Positions 9,416 to 18,854 of a DNA stretch of 64,000 nucleotides are shown here, one piece after another. How positions within the stretch are numbered: the first letter of the stretch is position 1; each line of letters starts with the position of its first letter. A program made the position numbers and the translations under genes. The notes below the pieces were generated by a model. That model did no database searches. It saw only the letters and a list, made by a program, of their open reading frames with translations, and was not told the origin of the DNA. The stretch lies in the NCBI GenBank assembly GCA_964218365.1, contig CAXPMI010000060.1, forward strand, positions 13,089 through 77,088, written 5' to 3'. The stretch comes from Candidatus Poseidoniaceae archaeon (GTDB lineage: Archaea > Thermoplasmatota > Poseidoniia > Poseidoniales > Poseidoniaceae).

Positions 9416-10714
9416 TCATCCGTTTCGAATTTTCTCAAGAGTTTCTTTGACCAATTGTTGAGTGACTGGTCCAGATTGAGAGTTTACAATCGTCGCAACT
9501 TGCTCCACTTCTTCTCCTACAGCACCCGCACTTACGGCCATGTTACGTGCATGCAACTTCATGTGGCCTGCTTGTATTCCACTTGTTGCTAATGCACGCA
9601 TTGCACCTAGGTTCTGAGCAATGCCTGCAGAAGCCATGATTCCTGCAAGTTCTTGAGCCGATTCAACTCCAAGAATCGAGAGGTTAGCTCGAGCAGCAGG
9701 GTGGACTTTGGATGCACCACCAACAATTCCTACTGCCATTGGTGTTTCAATGCTTCCAACTAGATTTCCTTCGTCACTCCTTTCCCATCTTGTCATCGAT
9801 GTATATGAGCCAGTTTCTACAGATGCCCAGGCGTGGCACCCGGCCTCAATCGCTCTCCAATCTTGTCCACAAGCAAGTGCTATTGCGCTGATTGCATTCA
9901 TTATGCCTTTGTTATGTGTTGTAGCTCTGTACGGGTCTGCCATTGCAAAATGGTGTGCTTCCAATATCCCTTTGATTATCTTGATACCATTTTCTCTGGT
10001 ACCGTCATCGGAGAGCTCCTCTGGAGTAAACTCAGCAGTTACTTTGGCTAGACGATGTGTTGCAAGGTTAGAAAGAATGCGTAAATGCACTCTGCCTGAA
10101 GTTATTTCTTCGATTTTGCCACTAACTAATTCTGCCATTGTGTTGACTGCATTAGCGCCCATTGCATCTCTTGTATCGACTAGTAGGTGAACAATTAGCA
10201 TAGGTCCGGACATAGTATCAATTTCACGGACTTCAATATCTTTACATCCGCCTCCGAGTCTGATCATTGTTGAAGGCAGGGAATTACACATCGCCATTAA
10301 CTCATACTTTGCGGTAAGAATTGCCTCCTTTGCTGCACTGAGGTCCTCAATCTCTAAAATTTGAATTTGAGCAATCATGACAGGGTTGTCATTGTTTGTC
10401 TTGAATCCGCCCATTTTTAGGCAGCGCTTTGCCATATTACTAGCAGCTGCCACAATACTGGACTCTTCAACGCAAAATGGAATTAAGTACGCTTTCCCAT
10501 CGATTACGAAGTTCGTAGCGACTCCTACTGGCAAGGACATTGTGCCAATCACATTTTCTATCATTCTATCTGCGGCTACCTCTCCCAACTCTCCGTGGCT
10601 AGCTAGGGCTTCAACGTCCTCGGCAGATAGAGATGATAATTGAGCAACCTTTTCTCTACGCTCTGATACTGACAATTTGTAGAATCCAGAAAGCCTGCTG
10701 TCTTCGACTGGCAT
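9416..10714 (-). CDS. hmgA: HMG-CoA reductase, class II (bacterial-like) type
   Basis: 432 aa with no membrane domain. N-terminus SRLSGFYKLS, then ENVIGTMSLPVGVA, DAMGANAVN, GQDWRA, GHMKLHARN. GGAGG SD 9 nt upstream of the ATG. Confidence 0.9.
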   Translation of the reverse strand: MPVEDSRLSGFYKLSVSERREKVAQLSSLSAEDVEALASHGELGEVAADRMIENVIGTMSLPVGVATNFVIDGKAYLIPFCVEESSIVAAASNMAKRCLKMGGFKTNNDNPVMIAQIQILEIEDLSAAKEAILTAKYELMAMCNSLPSTMIRLGGGCKDIEVREIDTMSGPMLIVHLLVDTRDAMGANAVNTMAELVSGKIEEITSGRVHLRILSNLATHRLAKVTAEFTPEELSDDGTRENGIKIIKGILEAHHFAMADPYRATTHNKGIMNAISAIALACGQDWRAIEAGCHAWASVETGSYTSMTRWERSDEGNLVGSIETPMAVGIVGGASKVHPAARANLSILGVESAQELAGIMASAGIAQNLGAMRALATSGIQAGHMKLHARNMAVSAGAVGEEVEQVATIVNSQSGPVTQQLVKETLEKIRNG

Positions 10715-10768
10715 AGTGGTTGCCTCCGGGTAAAGCCAAAGGTCTGCACTTGATGAATAAACCGGCGA

Positions 10769-10851
10769 TTAACGCTTTTTTTAACGCGTTAGCATACCGT
10801 TAACAATGTGTTAATTTGCTCAAAAACATCAATTCCGTAATTGATTTAACG
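10769..10851. promoter_or_regulatory. Cluster of TTAACG-core palindromes and inverted repeats in a divergent promoter region
   Basis: TTAACGC at 10769-10775 and 10781-10787. Perfect 10-bp palindrome TAACGCGTTA at 10782-10791. CGTTAAC at 10798-10804. ATCAATT-N4-AATTGAT at 10828-10845. TTAACG at 10846-10851. Confidence 0.5.
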
Positions 10852-10921
10852 TGTCCTAACAGTCTCCAAAAGGTTAGCATTAGAGTGAAACATCATATAC
10901 TCTGTAAATTCCAGTGCTATC

Positions 10922-12508
10922 ATGAGCGAAGATTCACCCGCTTTGGGCATACCTGGTCTGAGAAATAATCCGTTTCAAGCTAGGCCATTGGAGAGAGGTA
11001 GATCTGAACTTCTTGTCGGAAGAGATGAATTAAGTGCAAGATGGACGAGATTCATCAAGGCTAGAAATGCCAGGATGGTTTTATTGATCGGCGAAAGTGG
11101 AACAGGGCGTTCATCTTTGATGCGATGTTTGTCAGAAGAAACTCAAAAGAGTGTGCATCTCGATATGTTCCCGGATTCTGAATACGCGCAAAAGATACTG
11201 CATGAGATTTTTGTTTCGTTTGTTGGGTTTGAGGTTCCGTCTAGTACTCCAGAGATGGTGTCTAGATTAGTACAAGAAACCGAAAAATCAACTGGTCCCC
11301 TGCCCCTTATTTCGCTTGATTATGCGAATGTAGACGGAAAGAAACTCTCAGAGGTCCTTTCAACACTAGTCGCTCCATTTGAGCGTATGAACGCACTGGT
11401 GGTGGTCGTCCTTTCTACAGAACAGAGGGCTCAATGGCCTACTAACCTAGTAAGCAGGTTTGACCATGTTGACATTATCGGCTCCCTGGAAAGGGAAGAA
11501 GTACGTCAATTATGTGAATCTAGAATGGCCACGACAGCTAACATCTCATGGACAATGTCAGAAGATTCACTAGATTACGTAATGGAAAATACCTCTGGTA
11601 ACCCGTCTAGAGTGATGAGATTAATGCGCGACCTCGTCGATGAAGAAAGAGCAAACCCTAGGGATGTTAAATTTGATCCAGTTGTTGAAAACTCCACTCC
11701 TAGTGTAAAGATACAGGATAGTAGCATCGGTAGTATTGATGAAACTCTAGGTGAAGAGGTAAGCTTCGAACCAGAGATGCCGGTTTTTGATTTGAACTTA
11801 GACAAGCTAGAGGAAGAGCCTGAAACGATTTACATCGAGGATAGTGGTACGAGTTCAATGCCAGTAAGTGGGCCTTTTAGTGGCCTCGCTGCAAGAAATA
11901 GGGATAACAAAAACCTCGCACCAAGGTTCGACAAAACAAAGGCTAAACCCGCACAAAGAGAACCTGAGGGAGGAGATGCTAACGAACTATGGCTTGCAAA
12001 CGAACCAAATGCCGTCCTAGCACCACAAAGCGTGCAAGTTGTCGATGAACCAATTGTCGATGACCAAGTTGATGACTATTTTGAATCAAATGAGGAATTT
12101 GGACAAGAGGTTCTGAGAGGCGGGAACGTGGAAGGTTTGTTGGGACAGTTGTTTGAAGCACTTAATGTCCCTGATGGTCATAGTTTGGCAGAGTTACTAG
12201 CAGGAATGAGAAGACCGGTTATCGGACAGAGAGAGAGTAATGCCCTAGACGTACATACATTGAGGAACTTGTCGAAGAATGAAGCAGTTCTAGTTGAAGT
12301 ATCCTCAAGTAGGGAATTATCACCTTCCGATTCAAGATTACAGGACCGATTGAAGATAGGCAGGCCAAGGATGTCCCAGATGTGTAATCGTCTCTATAGA
12401 GCAGGAATTTTATCAGTCCAGCAAAGAGGTCGTTCTAGGATGTTCAAATTAACAAATGATGCTCGTGCCCAAATGGTGGCATGGGGGATAATGGAGGCGA
12501 GCATATGA
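10922..12508 (+). CDS. Orc1/Cdc6-like AAA+ protein with degenerate Walker A/B, an acidic linker and a C-terminal winged helix
   Basis: NPFQARPL...LVGRDEL lead-in. P-loop position reads GESGTGRS (Arg in place of Lys). Walker B position reads LISLDY. Sensor-2-like TSGNPSRVMRLMRDL. About 190 acidic residues follow, then wHTH RPRMSQMCNRLYRAGILSV. ATATACT TATA-like element about 22 nt upstream and no SD, so possibly leaderless. Confidence 0.6.
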   Translation: MSEDSPALGIPGLRNNPFQARPLERGRSELLVGRDELSARWTRFIKARNARMVLLIGESGTGRSSLMRCLSEETQKSVHLDMFPDSEYAQKILHEIFVSFVGFEVPSSTPEMVSRLVQETEKSTGPLPLISLDYANVDGKKLSEVLSTLVAPFERMNALVVVVLSTEQRAQWPTNLVSRFDHVDIIGSLEREEVRQLCESRMATTANISWTMSEDSLDYVMENTSGNPSRVMRLMRDLVDEERANPRDVKFDPVVENSTPSVKIQDSSIGSIDETLGEEVSFEPEMPVFDLNLDKLEEEPETIYIEDSGTSSMPVSGPFSGLAARNRDNKNLAPRFDKTKAKPAQREPEGGDANELWLANEPNAVLAPQSVQVVDEPIVDDQVDDYFESNEEFGQEVLRGGNVEGLLGQLFEALNVPDGHSLAELLAGMRRPVIGQRESNALDVHTLRNLSKNEAVLVEVSSSRELSPSDSRLQDRLKIGRPRMSQMCNRLYRAGILSVQQRGRSRMFKLTNDARAQMVAWGIMEASI

Positions 12509-13533
12509 GTTGGTCAGTTTCTAGGTCTTATCAATCACCAGATCTTATTTCTACAACTTGTAGTGTTGGAAATGATATTCTAATCGCTTGCGGATTAGAA
12601 ATCATACTATTGGATGAAGAAACCAATCAAAGATGGAAAAGGTCTCTACCATTCAGAGTACACTCTGCTGCCCATGCATCTGGAAAAATCGGAGTGTTGT
12701 GCGGACACGGTTTCCACCTTTTGAGAGTAAGTGATGGTTCTCAGATAGGTGAAGGTAGGTCTACTACAGGGGGTTTCAGTGGAATACTGGCGAGACCAGG
12801 CGGTGGCTGGGTACTATCTTGTCGTAAAGGCCAGTTACACGTATTCAATGCCGAGGGGAGAGGCATAAAGAGACTAGATGTAGGTGGAGTGCGCAGATTA
12901 ATTGGTTGGTTTGACCGTGAACATCTAATGTGGCAGGATGAGGATGGAAAACTCAGATGTGCTAGACTAGCAAATGAAAATTCTCAGCGTCTGTTGGAGG
13001 ATAGAGTGTGGTCGTGGGTCAGTGCAATGTCTGGCGGCAGAGTGTTGCTTCAATCAGCTGACGGCATGCTTTGGGAGGGCTCCCCACATCCATATGGCTG
13101 GGACAGTCTATCTACTATCGACACTAGATCACTCGAACCCCTATCTGCACATAGGGCAGGAGACGGTTGGTGGGTTCTATCAATTGAAGGAGGATTACAC
13201 TGCATGACTGAAGATGTATCTATTAAGTCAGCAAATGCTGACTTAGGGGACTACTTGGTTGGTTTGGCTGCAGACACAATGGCTACAGTGAAACGCAATG
13301 GTCTAGTTAGAATTTGGAAATCAGCAGAATTGATGCAATTGCGAAGAGTTGAGATGCAAAAAATGGTAGCTGAAGCTCAAGTTGCAAGCGATTGGGAGGA
13401 GAGAAGGAGGATTTTCAAGCGTGCATGCGATGCTGAAGACGAAGGTAGAATCTCTTTGGCCATTGATTTGTATGAATCACTGGGCAGAACTTCAGATGTA
13501 AATCGCCTGCTTGCAAGACAGAGAGGTGAGTAA
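12505..13533 (+). CDS. Hypothetical protein: beta-rich repeat (propeller-like) region plus a C-terminal helical tail
   Basis: ATGA start/stop overlap with the upstream gene at 12505-12508. Repeated Gly/Trp-containing strand-like segments (GGWVLS, GDGWWVLS, LVRIWK). Helical Arg/Glu-rich end. The track ORF starts 24 nt earlier at 12481. Confidence 0.5.
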   Translation: MSWSVSRSYQSPDLISTTCSVGNDILIACGLEIILLDEETNQRWKRSLPFRVHSAAHASGKIGVLCGHGFHLLRVSDGSQIGEGRSTTGGFSGILARPGGGWVLSCRKGQLHVFNAEGRGIKRLDVGGVRRLIGWFDREHLMWQDEDGKLRCARLANENSQRLLEDRVWSWVSAMSGGRVLLQSADGMLWEGSPHPYGWDSLSTIDTRSLEPLSAHRAGDGWWVLSIEGGLHCMTEDVSIKSANADLGDYLVGLAADTMATVKRNGLVRIWKSAELMQLRRVEMQKMVAEAQVASDWEERRRIFKRACDAEDEGRISLAIDLYESLGRTSDVNRLLARQRGE

Positions 13534-13827
13534 ATGGTCGATGATAGGGTTACAACATCGAAATTGGAGCATTACCTAAACCTTACAAAAATGGCGAGAG
13601 AAAAAGCAACCAGAATTCATCAGGAAGGTACTCCTGAGTCTATGCAATTAGACATTCTATTGAGAATGGCAGATGATTATGCTAGCGATGCTAAACATTT
13701 CATGGATACTGGTGATTACGTCAGAGCATTCGGAGCGATTAATTACGCTCATGCCTGGATTGATGCAGGAGTAAAGTTACGTTTACTTGACGGCCACGGT
13801 GACGATAACCTATTCACGCTTCCCTAA
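13534..13827 (+). CDS. DUF357-family small helical protein
   Basis: MADDYASDAKHFMDTGDYVRAFGAINYAHAWIDAGVKL matches my memory of the archaeal DUF357 signature. The ATG directly abuts the upstream TAA. Confidence 0.55.
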   Translation: MVDDRVTTSKLEHYLNLTKMAREKATRIHQEGTPESMQLDILLRMADDYASDAKHFMDTGDYVRAFGAINYAHAWIDAGVKLRLLDGHGDDNLFTLP

Positions 13828-14222
13828 TCTGAGTGTATACTAGCAAGTTCTGCTAGCCTTGATAATTGATCTTGAATAACCCTCAATTTTTCATTCGCTT
13901 GCCTTCTAAATGGCACTAGCGCTTCGTTTAATGGCATAGCTAATTCATAGATATGAGATGGTCTACCTCTTCCTTTACTGTTCATCGTGACGATATTCAC
14001 CACACCTAATTCGGTTAATCTGCTGATTGCGATTGAAACATCTGGTTGCCTCAAAGCACACCTTTTCTGTAAATCGATTGATCTTGAGGGTCCATGCTTG
14101 TGTAAGCAAATTAGCGTCTTAGCAATGGCATTACTAACTCCCAATGAGATTAGTAAGTCAATCATCTCATGGCTATTTGAGTCGATTGTTTTGTCAAAAC
14201 CTACTGAATTTTGAGTGGACAC
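13824..14222 (-). CDS. Winged-helix transcriptional regulator (ArsR/TrmB-like)
   Basis: LISLGVSNAIAKTLICLHKHGPSRSIDLQKRCALRQPDVSIAISRLTELGVV. TATA-like CATATAC about 24 nt upstream of GTG 14222. Alternative ATG at 14165. Confidence 0.6.
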   Translation of the reverse strand: MSTQNSVGFDKTIDSNSHEMIDLLISLGVSNAIAKTLICLHKHGPSRSIDLQKRCALRQPDVSIAISRLTELGVVNIVTMNSKGRGRPSHIYELAMPLNEALVPFRRQANEKLRVIQDQLSRLAELASIHSD

Positions 14223-14272
14223 AGTTGATATGTAATTATCTCAGTATATGAATTAATCACCGGCATATGTAA

Positions 14273-14632
14273 TCACACCATTCTAAGATGGGTCCTGCCA
14301 CTTACTTCAACCCAGTTTAGGTTAGATTTTGACAATCTGCGCTTAAGTTCAGTATCAACTGTCAAAATCGGCCAATCATTTTCGACAGCTATGGCAAATA
14401 ATTGGTCGTCAGTATGCTTTCCAGAATCGATCGGTGCAACCAACAACTCAGACTTTGCTTCCAACATTGGAATCATTAATTTTGGATTGTTCAGTGATTG
14501 TAATTCAGAAATCACATTAGGGACGACTGCTAAGTCTTTGTAACCACAACATTCGAGCAAAGCGAGGTCGATGTTTATACCCGCCTCGATGACTGCGACC
14601 CAGCCGCAGGCATCAACAAGGACCTTTTTCAT
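14273..14632 (-). CDS. PIN-domain protein (Fcf1/Utp24-like, conserved neighbour of aIF2-gamma)
   Basis: MKKVLVDACGW..., central DDQLFAIAVENDWPILTVDTELKRRL. ATG 14632 lies 5 nt after the aIF2-gamma stop. The track ORF extends to 14671 inside the upstream gene. Confidence 0.6.
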   Translation of the reverse strand: MKKVLVDACGWVAVIEAGINIDLALLECCGYKDLAVVPNVISELQSLNNPKLMIPMLEAKSELLVAPIDSGKHTDDQLFAIAVENDWPILTVDTELKRRLSKSNLNWVEVSGRTHLRMV

Positions 14633-14637
14633 GAAAA

Positions 14638-15876
14638 TCACTCGATTGTTCCGTGCCCTATAAGTCGCCATCGAGAGCCCACACGACGTGACAATGAGAT
14701 TCTTTGACCGCTGTCTGCACAGATTGGCAAGCGCAAGGATAGTGTTGCTTTGCCTTTCTTGACGTTTGAAACAACTCCTACGCTAGTTGCAGTTGCTACG
14801 TTTACCATCAACATCTCGTTTGAGCGAAGGGGCATAATAGGTGAAGCATCTTCGCCTTCTCCAGCAACCATATTTTCCATCAGGTTGACCGCTATATCCA
14901 CGGTTTCTCTAACTTCTGGAAGGTCTCCTACCTTTGCAACTACTTGTCCCGATAGGTTATCTGCAGTTGTAATAGCAGGGTCTAGTGGAGTTGCCATTCC
15001 ACAAAGTCCACCGGCGTGCATGTTGTCAAGATTCAGGCCTCCACCTTGCATGCTGATTACCTTAGAACGAATTGGCTCGTAGTGTACCTTGTTACCTTTC
15101 TCTATTTTCCTTCCAGGTCCGATTAGAATCTCATCATCGATGTTAAATTGACCTTCAACGATACTACCTCCGATGACTCCACCTTTCAACTTAGTTGGGC
15201 GCGTACCAGGTTTGTTGATGTCAAATGAGCGTGCTACGTGCATGATAGCTCGCTTGTCTTGTGAGCGGTCAGGAGTAGGGATTGTAGCCTCTATTGCTTG
15301 GATTAGGATGTCCAAGTTTACGTCATGGTGAGCAGATACTGGGATGACCGGCGAATTTTCGGCAATGGTTCCTTTCAAGAAATCCTTGATTTCCTTGTGA
15401 GACTCTAATGCCCTTTCTCTACTTACTAAGTCGATTTTGTTTTGAACGATTACAATGTTTTCAATCCCTGCAATTTCTAGAGCCATCAAATGTTCTCTTG
15501 TTTGAGGTTGAGGGCAGGTCTCGTTTGCTGCGACCATCAACATAGCACCATCCATAATGCTGGCACCTGTAATCATGATAGCCATTAGAGTCTCGTGGCC
15601 TGGAGCGTCTACAAATGACACAACTCTTTGCAACTCAGTTGCATCGTCATTCCCGCCACCGGGCCTCTTTCCTGTTGCGTAATAATCACCATCGCCGGTT
15701 TTGTAGAATGCAGTATCTGCATATCCTAGTTTGATAGAAATACCACGCTTTCTCTCTTCTGAGTGAGTATCGGTCCAAACTCCAGAAAGAGCCTGAGTTA
15801 ACGTTGTTTTACCGTGGTCTACGTGTCCGACCAAACCAATGTTGACTTCGGGTTGTGCAGGAAGCTTGCGTGCCAT
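14638..15876 (-). CDS. eif2g: Translation initiation factor 2 subunit gamma
   Basis: VNIGLVGHVDHGKTTL G1 motif, DAPGHE, NKIDL. 412 aa with EF-Tu-like domains II and III. Confidence 0.95.
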   Translation of the reverse strand: MARKLPAQPEVNIGLVGHVDHGKTTLTQALSGVWTDTHSEERKRGISIKLGYADTAFYKTGDGDYYATGKRPGGGNDDATELQRVVSFVDAPGHETLMAIMITGASIMDGAMLMVAANETCPQPQTREHLMALEIAGIENIVIVQNKIDLVSRERALESHKEIKDFLKGTIAENSPVIPVSAHHDVNLDILIQAIEATIPTPDRSQDKRAIMHVARSFDINKPGTRPTKLKGGVIGGSIVEGQFNIDDEILIGPGRKIEKGNKVHYEPIRSKVISMQGGGLNLDNMHAGGLCGMATPLDPAITTADNLSGQVVAKVGDLPEVRETVDIAVNLMENMVAGEGEDASPIMPLRSNEMLMVNVATATSVGVVSNVKKGKATLSLRLPICADSGQRISLSRRVGSRWRLIGHGTIE

Positions 15877-15917
15877 GCTTCCCTTACCCCCAATACCTCA
15901 AGATCAGCCTCGCGGCT

Positions 15918-16397
15918 TCACTCACTGCTCTCCTCATCAGCGCCGAGGATGTCAGCGAGGCTCTTGTTCGCAGCCTCGATTACCTTGAGATTGATTTGTC
16001 TGGTATCTTGGGTGATAGTGTTTCCACGGAAGTTGCGTCTCTTACGCATTCCGTCAGGCTTGTAGCGGAATCTCTTCTTTTCCCCACCCTTTGCCTTGTG
16101 GACTAGGTTGTGTCCCTTGAAACCGGTTGAAGCGGTTACAAGAACAGATTGACGAGTTCCACCATCTAGATCGGACCTCATTGGTGTTCCAGTTTTATCT
16201 GAGCCGCCGGTGATTTCTAGTTTGTATCCAGCAAGAGTTTTGTCACCTTCTCCAACGAAGATACCATCGACTACGTCGCCGATTCTCTTGCCTAGGAATT
16301 GGGATTGGTTGTTCCCACTAACTGTTAGGTTGTAGGAGCGTCCCCCATTGTTTGGATTTGTGTCATTGACCACTGCGACGAAAGTACCATCTGCCAT
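15918..16397 (-). CDS. rps6e: 30S ribosomal protein S6e
   Basis: MADGTFVAVVNDTN... and GYKLEITGGSDKTGTPMR are typical of S6e. An upstream in-frame ATG at 16427 would add 10 aa. TTTTATAT TATA-like element near 16452. Confidence 0.85.
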   Translation of the reverse strand: MADGTFVAVVNDTNPNNGGRSYNLTVSGNNQSQFLGKRIGDVVDGIFVGEGDKTLAGYKLEITGGSDKTGTPMRSDLDGGTRQSVLVTASTGFKGHNLVHKAKGGEKKRFRYKPDGMRKRRNFRGNTITQDTRQINLKVIEAANKSLADILGADEESSE

Positions 16398-16469
16398 GTT
16401 ATCAACTCTTGAGCAGCCTGCCGACATAGGACGGGTATTTAGGCCCTTTGTGCGATATAAAACGGATTA

Positions 16470-17654
16470 TTAACGCCGTAGTCGACTTGGAATCAATGTT
16501 TCAAGACGCCTTTCTACGTCACTGGGGAGCATGTGAGGCATGGATATGTGTTGCGTCCTGCCTCTCCCTACTTCCGATTTAGCGGTCTTTGTCACGACGA
16601 TGTCTTCTTGTGCCAGACGCTTCAGATGTTTCCAAAGCGTAGTGTGCCCCTTAGGTGATTGGTCATATTCTTCGCAGACCACGTGATACAGCTTTTCTGC
16701 CTCGCCGCTTGTCACGCTTTCCTCTTTCTTGAGTCGTCTGCACAATCCTAGGAGAATCATCATTGCATGAGGTGGTAAATTTTCGATATTCAAAGAATCC
16801 ACATTTGCAGGCATTGTGACGACAGTTCTCTGAACATCTTTTGCTTCTATAATTGAGCGACCTGCGGCTTCAGCCCGCTTTGCAGCACCCTCCAAGAGTT
16901 CTATCGCCTGGCGTGCATCACCAGATGGTGCAGCAGCCTGTGAAATCAAATCGAGAATCTCTGTAGGACAGGTTCCTGTGACCAAACCTAGATTCATTCT
17001 CTGTTCGATAATACTCTTGAGTCCATTTTCATCATAAGGTGGGACTCTAACGTGGTTTGACCTTCCCACACGCGATAAAACAGCATTTTCGAGTAAGTCT
17101 AGTACTTGCTCCTGGCTTATCATTATTGCAGAGAGTGTGCCAACACCTTCTCTATCCTCATCGATTCTCATTAGTTTGTAGATTATGTCATCGCCAGAGC
17201 GCCTCAATAGGTGGTCTACTTCGTCCAGTACGACGATTAGGTGAGTGTTACTGCTTTGCAACATTCTTCTCAAACTGGTTAGTAGTTCTCCTACTCCAAG
17301 TCCGCGGTCAGGATGGCCGGGGTCAAGATCTTGGACAATTTTTTGCATCACTCTTGATGGAGTAGCAGCGTTTCTGCAGTTAACGTGAACCTGTTTTATG
17401 TTTCTTTTATCGCTCAAGTGACGAATTATGTCGTTACAGAAGCGCTTTGCTAAGACGGTTTTACCGGAACCAACAGGGCCGGTTATCACCACTCTGCCGG
17501 TTCCTTCAGGGTGTGCTATACTGCCTAATATTGCAGCTAATTCTCCCTGCAGGTCTTCCCTACAAACCAAAGTTTCTGGAACGTAATCAAAGCCAAAAAC
17601 CTCAGGTCTGCTTAGGATTAATCCCGCACCGATGCGGTCTAGATACGAACTCAT
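16470..17654 (-). CDS. cdc6: Orc1/Cdc6 replication initiator (canonical)
   Basis: Intact Walker A GPVGSGKT, Walker B LIVVLDEVDHL, sensor 2 SGDARQAIELLEGA, C-terminal winged helix. 394 aa. Confidence 0.9.
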   Translation of the reverse strand: MSSYLDRIGAGLILSRPEVFGFDYVPETLVCREDLQGELAAILGSIAHPEGTGRVVITGPVGSGKTVLAKRFCNDIIRHLSDKRNIKQVHVNCRNAATPSRVMQKIVQDLDPGHPDRGLGVGELLTSLRRMLQSSNTHLIVVLDEVDHLLRRSGDDIIYKLMRIDEDREGVGTLSAIMISQEQVLDLLENAVLSRVGRSNHVRVPPYDENGLKSIIEQRMNLGLVTGTCPTEILDLISQAAAPSGDARQAIELLEGAAKRAEAAGRSIIEAKDVQRTVVTMPANVDSLNIENLPPHAMMILLGLCRRLKKEESVTSGEAEKLYHVVCEEYDQSPKGHTTLWKHLKRLAQEDIVVTKTAKSEVGRGRTQHISMPHMLPSDVERRLETLIPSRLRR

Positions 17655-17708
17655 GACTACAGATGGTTATCGTCTATGGTTATTGAACTTTCAACTCAAA
17701 AGACCCTC

Positions 17709-18818
17709 TCAAGGTATCTCATCGAACTGATATCCAGTTTCCCACTTCTTTTCTCCGAGTGCGACTTCTAATTCAAACGGAGTTACTAGCGGCTTTGCGT
17801 ATTTGACAGAGTCATCAATAGCTATTCTTGGGCATGCTGTGTTAACAAATGCGTCCACAGGATAGAAATCAATCAACTCAGGTCCTACATGCTCTAAGGC
17901 CAACAGGTATCCTTTCTTGCCGTGCTTTGCGAGAGTTCGCTTTAGTTTAAGAGCCAAACTTCGTCTCATTTGACCAGGTTTTTCTCCGATCAGAATCGCA
18001 AAATTTTGCGCATCTTGTATTGCCATTATCAATCCGAATCGTTGTCTCAAGATTCTTTCAATCCTTTCAGCACCCATCTCAGTAGCGTCTCCTGTGTAGG
18101 GGTCAAGCATAGCGAGTGGCTTTCCAGTGTGCAAGGCAAGTCCAATTGGGTGGAAGTCGCCGCTACCAAGGAAGAGATAATGTCCAATTTCATCATCATC
18201 ACCGGAGTAATTGCAGCCCAAAACTTGTCCGGGGAAGGTCAACCTAGCGCCACCAACAGGGACTTCAACCTCAAATCCAGCGTCTTCAAAGCGTTTCTTG
18301 TAATCGAAAACCAAATGCAGATGCTGAATGGATGCAACGAGTCCTAACTTAGCACCTTTTAGAGGAGCAATCCTGCCAACGGCATCTAAAAATCTCTCCT
18401 GTGCTTCCTCTTCGCTTAGTTCGTCTGCATTGGTCTCTGCAAGTCTTGATTGAGCGATTGCTCTGTGCTGAGCGAGAATTGGTAGAACCGGGTCTATCGC
18501 AGGGTCCCCGTCGTATGTTACGTTGATGAATTGAGTGGGCATTCCAGAATCGATGTTCATTTGGGAATGACCCATGTGTGCGACTAGTTCGACGCCCATC
18601 ATTTTCATCTTATCATGGACTAAATCACATGCTCCATAACATGGGTCTGCAGCAAGAATGACCTTTGCAGAGGTTTCGTCTTCGATTTCATCCATCATTT
18701 CCAAAGCCTGCATTTTCAGGCCCTCGGGTATTTGTAGAGCCACAAGGCGATGATCATGTCCTTTGATTCTCTCGATTAACTCATCTAGTTCGAAGTCGTG
18801 TCTATCAAGGTCCATCAA
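17709..18818 (-). CDS. dph2: 2-(3-amino-3-carboxypropyl)histidine synthase (diphthamide biosynthesis Dph2)
   Basis: LVALQIPEGLK, AADPCYGACDL. 369 aa, typical archaeal Dph2 layout. Confidence 0.8.
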   Translation of the reverse strand: MMDLDRHDFELDELIERIKGHDHRLVALQIPEGLKMQALEMMDEIEDETSAKVILAADPCYGACDLVHDKMKMMGVELVAHMGHSQMNIDSGMPTQFINVTYDGDPAIDPVLPILAQHRAIAQSRLAETNADELSEEEAQERFLDAVGRIAPLKGAKLGLVASIQHLHLVFDYKKRFEDAGFEVEVPVGGARLTFPGQVLGCNYSGDDDEIGHYLFLGSGDFHPIGLALHTGKPLAMLDPYTGDATEMGAERIERILRQRFGLIMAIQDAQNFAILIGEKPGQMRRSLALKLKRTLAKHGKKGYLLALEHVGPELIDFYPVDAFVNTACPRIAIDDSVKYAKPLVTPFELEVALGEKKWETGYQFDEIP

Positions 18819-18854
18819 ATCACACCGGTTCTATACTATTTTCCAGAGTGCGAT

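Noticed and set aside
17655-17708. Replication origin directly beside the canonical cdc6.
   Set aside because: The flanking gaps are only 54 and 42 bp, with no repeats or AT-rich stretch. There is not enough room for ORB/DUE architecture.
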